NCBI GenBank assembly: GCA_964057225.1
Contig: OZ059894.1
Location: 3,596,001-3,660,000, forward strand
Length of the DNA stretch: 64,000 nucleotides
Direction: 5' to 3'
Source of the DNA: Auanema rhodensis
Lineage: Eukaryota; Animalia; Nematoda
Shown here: positions 39,491-51,985 of the stretch, in pieces
Numbering within the stretch: position 1 is the stretch's first letter
Layout of the letters: every line of letters starts with the position of its first letter
The notes under the pieces: model-generated
What the model saw: only the letters and a program-made list of their open reading frames with translations
Told to the model about the DNA's origin: nothing
Database searches by the model: none
Translations under genes and position numbers: made by a program

Positions 39491-42120
39491 GTCATATTTA
39501 CCATGCACCAATATCAATAAAAATTTGTTTTTAGACTAATATGGAAATGGGGAATCTAATTTTGAAAACCGCATCTCTTCATCTTTCACGTGAAGCGAGT
39601 TACATACCAAGTGCACATCATGTGTACACTTAATTAGCATAAATTAAAGTTCACGTAAATTTCAAAGTCATGGTTACCATGCACCAATATCAATAAAAAT
39701 TTTTTTTTAGACTAATATGGAAATGGGGAATCTAATTTTGAAAACCGCATCTCTTCATCTTTCATGTGAAGCAAGTTACATACCAAGTGCACATCATGTG
39801 TACACTCAATTAGCATAAATTAAAGTTCACGTAAATTTCAAAGTCATGGTTACCATGCACCAATTTTAATAAAAATTTGTTTTTAGACTAATATGGACAT
39901 GGGGAATCTAATTTTGAAAACCGCATCTCTTTATCTTTGACGTAAAGCGAGTTACATACCAAGTGCACATCATGTGTACACTTAATTAGCATAAATTAAA
40001 GTTCACGTAAATTTTAAAGTCATGGTTGCCATGCACCAATATCAATAAAAATTTGTTTTTAGACTAACATGGAAATGGGGAATCTAATTTTGAAAACCGC
40101 ATCTCTTTATCTTTCACGTGAAGCGAGTTACATACCAAGCGCACATCATGTGTACACTTAATTAGCATAAATTAAAGTTCACGTAAATTTCAAAGTCATG
40201 GTTACCATGCACCAATATCAATAAAAATTTGTTTTTAGACTAATATGGACATGGGGAATCTAATTTTGAAAACCGCATCTCTTTATCTTTGACGTAAAGC
40301 GAGTTACATACCAAGTGCACATCATGTGTACACTTAATTAGCATAAATTAAAGTTCACGTAAATTTCAAAGTCATGGTTACCATTCACCAATATTAATAA
40401 AAATTTGTTTTTAGACTAATATGGAAATGGGGAATCTAATTTTGAAAACCGCATCTCTTCATCTTTCACGTGAAGCGAGTTACATACCAAGTGCACATCA
40501 TGTGTACACTTAATTAGCATAAATTAAAGTTCACGTAAATTTCAAAGTCATGGTTACCATGCACCAATATCAATAAAAATTTGTTTTTAGACTAATATGG
40601 ACATGGGGAATCTAATTTTGAAAACCGCATCTATTTATCTTTCACGTGAAGCGAGTTACATACCAAGTGCACATCATGTGTACACTTAATTAGCATAAAT
40701 TAAAGTTCACGTAAATTTTAAAGTCATGGTTGCCATGCACCAATATCAATAAAAATTTGTTTTTAGACTAATTTGGAAATGGGGAATCTATTTTGAAAAC
40801 CGCATCTCTTCATCTTTCACGTGAAGCGAGTTACATACCAAGTGCACATCACGTGTACACTTAATTAGCATAAATTGAAGTTCACGTAAATTTCAAAGTC
40901 ATGGTTACCATGCACCAATATCAATAAAAATTTGTTTTTAGACTAATATAGAAATGGGGAATCTAATTTTGAAAACCGCATCTCTTTATCTTTGACGTAA
41001 AGCGAGTTACATACCAAGTGCACATCATGTGTACACTTAATTAGCATAAATTAAAGTTCACGTAAATTTCAAAGTCATGGTTACCATTCACCAATATTAA
41101 TAAAAATTTGTTTTTAGACTAATATGGAAATGGGGAATCTAATTTTGAAAACCGCATCTCTTCATCTTTCACGTGAAGCGAGTTACATACCAAGTGCACA
41201 TCATGTGTACACTTAATTAGCATAAATTAAAGTTCACGTAAATTTCAAAGTCATGGTTACCATGCACCAATATCAATAAAAATTTGTTTTTAGACTAATA
41301 TGGACATGGGGAATCTAATTTTGAAAACCGCATCTCTTTATCTTTCACGTGAAGCGAGTTACATACCAAGTGCACATCATGTGTACACTTAATTAGCATA
41401 AATTAAAGTTCACGTAAATTTCAAAGTCATGGTTACCATTCACCAATATTAATAAAAATTTGTTTTTAGACTAATATGGAAATGGGGAATCTAAATTTGA
41501 AAACCGCATCTCTTCATCTTTCACGTGAAGCGAGTTACATACCAAGTGCACATCATGTGTACACTTAATTAGCATAAATTAAAGTTCACGTAAATTTCAA
41601 AGTCATGGTTACCATGCACCAATATCAATAAAAATTTGTTTTTAGACTAATATGGACATGGGGAATCTAATTTTGAAAACCGCATCCCTTTATCTTTCAC
41701 GTGAAGCGAGTTACATACCAAGTGCACATCACGTGTACACTTAATAAGCATAAATTAAAGTTCACGTAAATTTCAAAGTCATGGTTACCATGCACCAATA
41801 TCAATAAAAATTCGTTTTTAGACTAATATGGACATGAGGAATCTAATTTTGAAAACCGTATCTCTTCATCTTTCACGTGAAGCGAGTTACATACCAAGTG
41901 CACATCATGTGTACACTTAATTAGCATAAATTAAAGTTCACGTAAATTTCAAAGTCATGGTTACCATGCACCAATATTAATAAAAATTTGTTTTTAGACT
42001 AATATGGACATGGGGAATCTAATTTTGAAAACCGCATCTCTTTATCTTTGACGTGAAGCGAGTTACATACCAAGTGCACATCATGTGTACACTTAATTAG
42101 CATAAATTAAAGTTCACGTA

Positions 42121-45100
42121 AATTTCAAAGTCATGGTTACCATGCACCAATATCAATAAAAATTTGTTTTTAGACTAACATGGACATGGGGAATCTAATT
42201 TTGAAAACCGCATCTCTTTATCTTTCACGTGAAGCGAGTTACATACCAAGTGCACATCACGTGTACATTTAATTAGCATAAATTAAAGTTCACGTAAATT
42301 TCAAAGTCATGGTTACCATCCACCAATATCAACAAAAATGTGTTTTTAGACTAATATGGACATGGGGAATCTAATTTCGAAAAGCGCATCTCTTCATCTT
42401 TCACGTGAAGCGAGTTACATACCAAGTGCACATCACGTGTACACTTAATAAGCATAAATTAAAGTTCACGTAAATTTCAAAGTCATGGTTACCATGCACC
42501 AATATCAATAAAAATTTGTTTTTAGACTAATTTGGAAATGGGGAATCTATTTTGAAAACCGCATCTCTTCATCTTTCACGTGAAGCGAGTTACATACCAA
42601 GTGCACATCACGTGTACACTTAATTAGCATAAATTGAAGTTCACGTAAATTTCAAAGTCATGGTTACCATGCACCAATATCAATAAAAAATTTTTTTTAG
42701 ACTAATATGGACATGGGGAATCTAATTTTGAAAACCGCATCCCTTTATCTTTCACGTGAAGCGAGTTACATACCAAGTGCACATCACGTGTACACTTAAT
42801 TAGCATAAATTAAAGTTCACGTAAGTTTCAAAGTCATGGTTACCATGCACCAATATCAATAAAAATTCGTTTTTAGACTAATATGGACATGAGGAATCTA
42901 ATTTTTTTGAAAACCGCATCTCTTCATCTTTCACGTGAAGCGAGTTACATACCAAGTGCACATCATGTGTACACTCAATTAGCATAAATTAAAGTTCACG
43001 TAAATTTCAAAGTCATGGTTACCATGCACCAATATTAATAAAAATTTGTTTTTAGACTAATATGGACATGGGGAATCTAATTTTGAAAACCGCATCTCTT
43101 TATCTTTGACGTGAAGCGAGTTACATACCAAGTGCACATCACGTGTACACTTAATAAGCATAAATTAAAGTTCACGTAAATTTCAAAGTCATGGTTACCA
43201 TGCACCAATATCAATAAAAATTTGTTTTTAGACTAACATGGACATGGGGAATCTAATTTTGAAAACCGCATCTCTTTATCTTTCACGTGAAGCGAGTTAC
43301 ATACCAAGTGCACATCACGTGTACATTTAATTAGCATAAATTAAAGTTCACGTAAATTTCAAAGTCATGGTTACCATCCACCAATATCAACAAAAATGTG
43401 TTTTTAGACTAATATGGACATGGGGAATCTAATTTCGAAAAGCGCATCTCTTCATCTTTCACGTGAAGCGAGTTACATACCAAGTGCACATCACGTGTAC
43501 ACTTAATAAGCATAAATTAAAGTTCACGTAAATTTCAAAGTCATGGTTACCATGCACCAATATCAATAAAAATTTGTTTTTAGACTAATTTGGAAATGGG
43601 GAATCTATTTTGAAAACCGCATCTCTTCATCTTTCACGTGAAGCGAGTTACATACCAAGTGCACATCACGTGTACACTTAATTAGCATAAATTGAAGTTC
43701 ACGTAAATTTCAAAGTCATGGTTACCATGCACCAATATCAATAAAAAATTTTTTTTAGACTAATATGGACATGGGGAATCTAATTTTGAAAACCGCATCC
43801 CTTTATCTTTCACGTGAAGCGAGTTACATACCAAGTGCACATCACGTGTACACTTAATTAGCATAAATTAAAGTTCACGTAAGTTTCAAAGTCATGGTTA
43901 CCATGCACCAATATCAATAAAAATTCGTTTTTAGACTAATATGGACATGAGGAATCTAATTTTTTTGAAAACCGCATCTCTTCATCTTTCACGTGAAGCG
44001 AGTTACATACCAAGTGCACATCATGTGTACACTCAATTAGCATAAATTAAAGTTCACGTAAATTTCAAAGTCATGGTTACCATGCACCAATATTAATAAA
44101 AATTTGTTTTTAGACTAATATGGACATGGGGAATCTAATTTTGAAAACCGCATCTCTTTATCTTTGACGTGAAGCGAGTTACATACCAAGTGCACATCAC
44201 GTGTACACTTAATAAGCATAAATTAAAGTTCACGTAAATTTCAAAGTCATGGTTACCATGCACCAATATCAATAAAAATTTGTTTTTAGACTAACATGGA
44301 CATGGGGAATCTAATTTTGAAAACCGCATCTCTTTATCTTTCACGTGAAGCGAGTTACATACCAAGTGCACATCACGTGTACATTTAATTAGCATAAATT
44401 AAAGTTCACGTAAATTTCAAAGTCATGGTTACCATCCACCAATATCAACAAAAATGTGTTTTTAGACTAATATGGACATGGGGAATCTAATTTCGAAAAG
44501 CGCATCTCTTCATCTTTCACGTGAAGCGAGTTACATACCAAGTGCACATCACGTGTACACTTAATAAGCATAAATTAAAGTTCACGTAAATTTCAAAGTC
44601 ATGGTTACCATGCACCAATATCAATAAAAATTTGTTTTTAGACTAATTTGGAAATGGGGAATCTATTTTGAAAACCGCATCTCTTCATCTTTCACGTGAA
44701 GCGAGTTACATACCAAGTGCACATCACGTGTACACTTAATTAGCATAAATTGAAGTTCACGTAAATTTCAAAGTCATGGTTACCATGCACCAATATCAAT
44801 AAAAATTTTTTTTTAGACTAATATGGACATGGGGAATCTAATTTTGAAAACCGCATCCCTTTATCTTTCACGTGAAGCGAGTTACATACCAAGTGCACAT
44901 CACGTGTACACTTAATAAGCATAAATTAAAGTTCACGTAAGTTTCAAAGTCATGGTTACCATGCACCAATATCAATAAAAATTCGTTTTTAGACTAATAT
45001 GGACATGAGGAATCTAGTTTTTTTGAAAACCGCATCTCTTCATCTTTCACGTGAAGCGAGTTACATACCAAGTGCACATCATGTGTACACTCAATTAGCA

Positions 45101-45470
45101 TAAATTAAAGTTCACGTAAATTTCAAAGTCATGGTTACCATGCACCAATATTAATAAAAATTTGTTTTTAGACTAATATGGACATGGGGAATCTAATTTT
45201 GAAAACCGCATCTCTTTATCTTTGACGTGAAGCGAGTTACATACCAAGTGCACATCACGTGTACACTTAATAAGCATAAATTAAAGTTCACGTAAATTTC
45301 AAAGTCATGGTTACCATGCACCAATATCAATAAAAATTCGTTTTTAGACTAATTTGGAAATGGGGAATCTATTTTGAAAACCGCATCTCTTCATCTTTCA
45401 CGTGAAGCGAGTTACATACCAAGTGCACATCACGTGTACACTTAATTAGCATAAATTGAAGTTCACGTAA
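42121..45470. repeat. 6-monomer higher-order repeat, 1058 bp period (3 copies)
   Basis: The CGTAAGTTTC marker G is at 42825, 43883 and 44941. Confidence 0.9.
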
Positions 45471-48400
45471 ATTTCAAAGTCATGGTTACCATGCACCAAT
45501 ATCAATAAAAATTTGTTTTTAGACTAATATGGAAATGGGGAATCTAATTTTGAAAACCGCATCTCTTCATCTTTCACGTGAAGCGAGTTACATACCAAGT
45601 GCACATCATGTGTACACTTAATTAGCATAAATTAAAGTTCACGTAAATTTCAAAGTCATGGTTACCATGCACCAATATCAATAAAAATTTTTTTTTAGAC
45701 TAATATGGACATGGGGAATCTAATTTTGAAAACCGCATCCCTTTATCTTTCACCTGAAGCGAGTTACATACCAAGTGCACATCACGTGTACACTTAATAA
45801 GCATAAATTAAAGTTCACGTAAATTTCAAAGTCATGGTTACCATGCACCAATATCAATAAAAATTCGTTTTTAGACTAATATGGACATGAGGAATCTAAT
45901 TTTTTTGAAAACCGCATCTCTTCATCTTTCACGTGAAGCGAGTTACATACCGAGTGCACATCACGTGTACACTTAATTAGCATAAATTAAAGTTCACTTA
46001 AATTTCAAAGTCATGGTTACCATCCACCAATATCAACAAAAATTTGTTTTTAGACTAATATGGACATGGGGAATCTAATTTTGAAAACCGCATCTCTTCA
46101 TCTTTTACGTGAAGCGAGTTACATACCAAGTGCACATCACGTGTACACTTAATTAGCATAAATTAAAGTTCACGTAAATTTCAAAGTCATGGTTACCATC
46201 CACCAATATCAATAAAAATTTGTTTTTAGACTAATATGGACATGGGGAATCTAATTTTGAAAACCGCATCCCTTTATCTTTCACGTGAAGCAAGTTACAT
46301 ACCAAGTGCACATCATGTGTACACTTAATTAGCATAAATTAAAGTTCACGTAAATTTTAAAGTCATGGTTACCATGCACCAATATCAATAAAAATTTGTT
46401 TTTAGACTAATATGGACATGGGGAATCTAATTTTGAAAACCGCATCCCTTTATCTTTCACGTGAAGCAAGTTACATACCAAGTGCACATCATGTGTACAC
46501 TTAATTAGCATAAATTAAAGTTCACGTAAATTTCAAAGTCATGGTTACCATCCACCAATATCAATAAAAATTTGTTTTTAGACTAATATGGACATGGGGA
46601 ATCTAATTTTGAAAACCGCATCCCTTTATCTTTCACGTGAAGCAAGTTAAATACCAAGTGCACATCATGTGTACACTTAATTAGCATAAATTAAAGTTCA
46701 CGTAAATTTCAAAGTCATGGTTACCATCCACCAATATCAATAAAAATTTGTTTTTAGACTAATATGGACATGGGGAATCTAATTTTGAAAACCGCATCTC
46801 TTTATCTTTGACTTGAAGCGAGTTACATACCAAGTGCACATCATGTGTACACTTAATTAGCATAAATTAAAGTTCACGTAAATTTCAAAGTCATGGTTAC
46901 CATCCACCAATATCAACAAAAATTTGTTTTTAGACTAATATGGACATGGGGAATCTAATTTTGAAAACCGCATCTCTTCATCTTTCACGTGAAGCGAGTT
47001 ACATACCAAGTGCACATCACGTGTACACTTAATTAGCATAAATTAAAGTTCACGTAAATTTTAAAGTCATGGTTACCATGCACCAATATCAATAAAAATT
47101 TGTTTTTAGACTAATATGGACATGGGGAATCTAATTTTGAAAACCGCATCTCTTTATCTTTGACGTGAAGCGAGTTACATACCAAGTGCACATCATGTGT
47201 ACACTTAATTAGCATAAATTAAAGTTCACGTAAATTTCAAAGTCATGGTTACCATGCACCAATATCAATAAAAATTTGTTTTTAGACTAATATGGACATG
47301 GGGAATCTAATTTTGAAAACCGCATCTCTTTATCTTTGACGTGAAGCGAGTTACATACCAAGTGCACATCATGTGTTCACTTAATTAGCATAAATTAAAG
47401 TTCACGTAACTTTTAAAGTCATGGTTACCATGCACCAATATCAACAAAAATTTGTTTTTAGACTAATATGGACATGGGGAATCTAATTTTGAAAACCGCA
47501 TCTTTTTATCTTTGACGTGAAGCGAGTTACATACCAAGTGCACATCATGTGTACACTTAATTAGCATAAATTAAAGTTCACGTAAATTTCAAAGTCATGG
47601 TTACCATGCACCAATATCAATAAAAATTTGTTTTTAGACTAATATGGACATGGGGAATCTAATTTTGAAAACCGCATCTTTTTATCTTTGACGTGAAGCG
47701 AGTTACATACCAAGTGCACATCATGTGTACACTTAATTAGCATAAATTAAAGTTCACGTAAATTTCAAAGTCATGGTTACCATGCACCAATATCAATAAA
47801 AATTTGTTTTTAGACTAATATGGACATGGGGAATCTAATTTTGAAAACCGCATCTCTTTATCTTTGACGTGAAGCGAGTTACATACCAAGTGCACATCAT
47901 GTGTACACTTAATTAGCATAAATTAAAGTTCACGTAAATTTCAAAGTCATGGTTACCATCCACCAATATCAACAAAAATTTGTTTTTAGACTAATATGGA
48001 CATGGGGAATCTAATTTTGAAAACCGCATCTCTTCATCTTTCACGTGAAGCGAGTTACATACCAAGTGCACATCACGTGTACACTTAATTAGCATAAATT
48101 AAAGTTCACGTAAATTTTAAAGTCATGGTTACCATGCACCAATATCAATAAAAATTTGTTTTTAGACTAATATGGACATGGGGAATCTAATTTTGAAAAC
48201 CGCATCTCTTTATCTTTGACGTGAAGCGAGTTACATACCAAGTGCACATCATGTGTACACTTAATTAGCATAAATTAAAGTTCACGTAAATTTTAAAGTC
48301 ATGGTTACCATGCACCAATATTAATAAAAATTTGTTTTTAGACTAATATGGACATGGGGAATCTAATTTTGAAAACCGCATCTCTTTATCTTTGACGTAA

Positions 48401-50576
48401 AGCGAGTTACATACCAAGTGCACATCATGTGTACACTTAATTAGCATGAATTAAAGTTCACGTAAATTTTAAAGTCATGGTTACCATGCACCAATATCAA
48501 TAAAAATTTGTTTTTAGACTAATATGGACATGGGGAATCTAATTTTGAAAACCGCATCTCTTTATCTTTGACGTGAAGCGAGTTACATACCAAGTGCACA
48601 TCATGTGTACACTTAATTAGCATAAATTAAAGTTCACGTAAATTTTAAAGTCATGGTTACCATGCACCAATATTAATAAAAATTTGTTTTTAGACTAATA
48701 TGGACATGGGGAATCTAATTTTGAAAACCGCATCTCTTTATCTTTGACGTAAAGCGAGTTACATACCAAGTGCACATCATGTGTACACTTAATTAGCATG
48801 AATTAAAGTTCACGTAAATTTTAAAGTCATGGTTGCCATGTACCAAGATCAATAAAAATTTGTTTTTAGACTAATATGGACATGGGGAATCTAATTTTGA
48901 AAACCGCATCTCTTCATCTTTCACGTGAAGCGAGTTACATACCAAGTGCACATCACGTGTACACTTAATTAGCATAAATTAAAGTTCACGTAAATTTTAA
49001 AGTCATGGTTACCATGCACCAATATCAATAAAAATTTGTTTTTAGACTAATATGGACATGGGGAATCTAATTTTGAAAACCGCATCTCTTTATCTTTGAC
49101 GTGAAGCGAGTTACATACCAAGTGCACATCATGTGTACACTTAATTAGCATAAATTAAAGTTCACGTAACTTTTAAAGTCATGGTTACCATGCACCAATA
49201 TCAATAAAAATTTGTTTTTAGACTAATATGGAAATGGGGAATCTAATTTTGAAAACCGCATCTCTTCATCTTTCACGTGAAGCGAGTTACATACCAAGTG
49301 CACATCATGTGTACACTTAATTAGCATAAATTAAAGTTCACGTAAATTTTAAAGTCATGGTTACCATGCACCAATATTAATAAAAATTTGTTTTTAGACT
49401 AATATGGACATGGGGAATCTAATTTTGAAAACCGCATCTCTTTATCTTTGACGTAAAGCGAGTTACATACCAAGTGCACATCATGTGTACACTTAATTAG
49501 CATGAATTAAAGGTCACGTAAATTTTAAAGTCATGGTTGCCATTCACCAATATTAATAAAAATTTGTTTTTAGACTAATATGGACATAGGGAATCTAATT
49601 TTGAAAACCGCATCTCCTTATCTTTGACTTGAAGCGAGTTACATACCAAGTGCACATCACGTGTACACTTAATTAGCATAAATTGAAGTTCACGTAAATT
49701 TCAAAGTCATGGTTACCATCCACCAATATCAACAAAAATGTGTTTTTAGACTAATATGGACATGGGGAATCTAATTTTGAAAACCGCATCTCTTTATCTT
49801 TCACGTGAAGCGAGTTACATACCAAGTGCACATCATGTGTACACTTAATTAGCATAAATTAAAGTTCACGTAAATTTCAAAGTCATGGTTACCATGCACC
49901 AATATTAATAAAAATTTGTTTTTAGACTAATATGGACATGGGGAATCTAATTTTGAAAACCGCATCTCTTCATCTTTCACGTGAAGCGAGTTACATACCA
50001 AGTGCACATCATGTGTACACTTAATTAGCATAAATTGAAGTTCACGTAATATTCAAAGTCATGGTTACCATCCACCAATATCAACAAAAATGTGTTTTTA
50101 GACTAATATGGACATGGGGAATCTAATTTTGAAATTCGCATCTCTTCATCTTTCACGTGAAGCGAGTTACATACCAAGTGCACATCACGTGTACACTTAA
50201 TTAGCATAAATTGAAGTTCACGTAAATTTCAAAGTCATGGTTACCATGCACCAATATCAATAAAAATTTGTTTTTAGACTAATATGGAAATGGGGAATCT
50301 AATTTTGAAAACCGCATCTCTTCATCTTTCACGTGAAGCGAGTTACATACCAAGTGCACATCATGTGTACACTTAATTAGCATAAATTAAAGTTCACGTA
50401 AATTTCAAAGTCATGGTTACCATGCACCAATATCAATAAAAATTTGTTTTTAGACTAATATGGACATGGGGAATCTTATTTTGAAAACCGCATCCCTTTA
50501 TCTTTCACGTGGAGCGAGTTACATACCAAGTGCACATCACGTGTACACTTAATAAGCATAAATTAAAGTTCACGTA

Positions 50577-51985
50577 AATTTCAAAGTCATGGTTACCATG
50601 CACCAATATCAATAAAAATTCGTTTTTAGACTAATATGGACATGAGGAATCTAATTTTGAAAACCGCATCTCTTCATCTTTCATGTGAAGCGAGTTACAT
50701 ACCAAGTGCACATCATGTGTACACTTAATTAGCATAAATTAAAGTTCACGTAAATTTCAAAGTCATGGTTACCATGCACCAATATTAATAAAAATTTGTT
50801 TTTAGACTAATATGGACATGGGGAATCTAATTTTGAAAATCGCATCTCTTTATCTTTGACGTGAAGCGAGTTACATACCAAGTGCACATCATGTGTACAC
50901 TTAATTAGCATAAATTAAAGTTCACGTAAATTTCAAAGTCATGGTTACCATGCACCAATATTAATAAAAATTTGTTTTTAGACTAATATGGACATAGGGA
51001 ATCTAATTTTGAAAACCGCATCTCTTCATCTTTCATGTGAAGCGAGTTACATACCAAGCGCACATCATGTGTACACTTAGTTAGCATAAATTAAAGTTCA
51101 CGTAAATTTCAAAGTCATGGTTACCATGCACCAATATCAATAAAAATTCGTTTTTAGACTAATATGGACATGAGGAATCTAATTTTGAAAACCGCATCTC
51201 TTCATCTTTCATGTGAAGCGAGTTACATACCAAGTGCACATCATGTGTACACTTAATTAGCATAAATTAAAGTTCACGTAAATTTCAAAGTCATGGTTAC
51301 CATGCACCAATATTAATAAAAATTTGTTTTTAGACTAATATGGACATGGGGAATCTAATTTTGAAAATCGCATCTCTTTATCTTTGACGTGAAGCGAGTT
51401 ACATACCAAGTGCACATCATGTGTACACTTAATTAGCATAAATTAAAGTTCACGTAAATTTCAAAGTCATGGTTACCATGCACCAATATTAATAAAAATT
51501 TGTTTTTAGACTAATATGGACATAGGGAATCTAATTTTGAAAACCGCATCTCCTTATCTTTGACTTGAAGCGAGTTACATACCAAGCGCACATCATGTGT
51601 ACACTTAGTTAGCATAAATTAAAGTTCACGTAAATTTCAAAGTCATGGTTACCATGCACCAATATCAATAAAAATTCGTTTTTAGACTAATATGGACATG
51701 AGGAATCTAATTTTGAAAACCGCATCTCTTCATCTTTCATGTGAAGCGAGTTACATACCAAGTGCACATCATGTGTACACTTAATTAGCATAAATTAAAG
51801 TTCACGTAAATTTCAAAGTCATGGTTACCATGCACCAATATTAATAAAAATTTGTTTTTAGACTAATATGGACATGGGGAATCTAATTTTGAAAACCGCA
51901 TCTCTTTATCTTTGACGTGAAGCGAGTTACATACCAAGTGCACATCATGTGTACACTTAATTAGCATAAACTAAAGTTCACATAA
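50577..51985. repeat. 3-monomer local repeat, 528 bp period
   Basis: TCATGTGAAG in TCG/GAGG monomers is at 50681, 51209 and 51737. AAATCGC (~50838/~51366) and CTTAGTT (~51077/~51604) are also paired. Confidence 0.85.

Larger units (their letters stand above)
27493..48350. repeat. Second copy of a large segmental (super-HOR) duplication of approximately 1-22980
   Basis: The monomer order at window start restarts at 27493. Rare markers are colinear: ACCATTATC 14141/39156, GTCATATTT 14481/39496, CCAATTTTAAT ~14850/~39865, CTAAATTTG ~16126/~41493, ACCGTATC ~16490/~41857, CACCTG ~19325/~45751, ACCGAGT ~19524/~45950. Confidence 0.88.
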
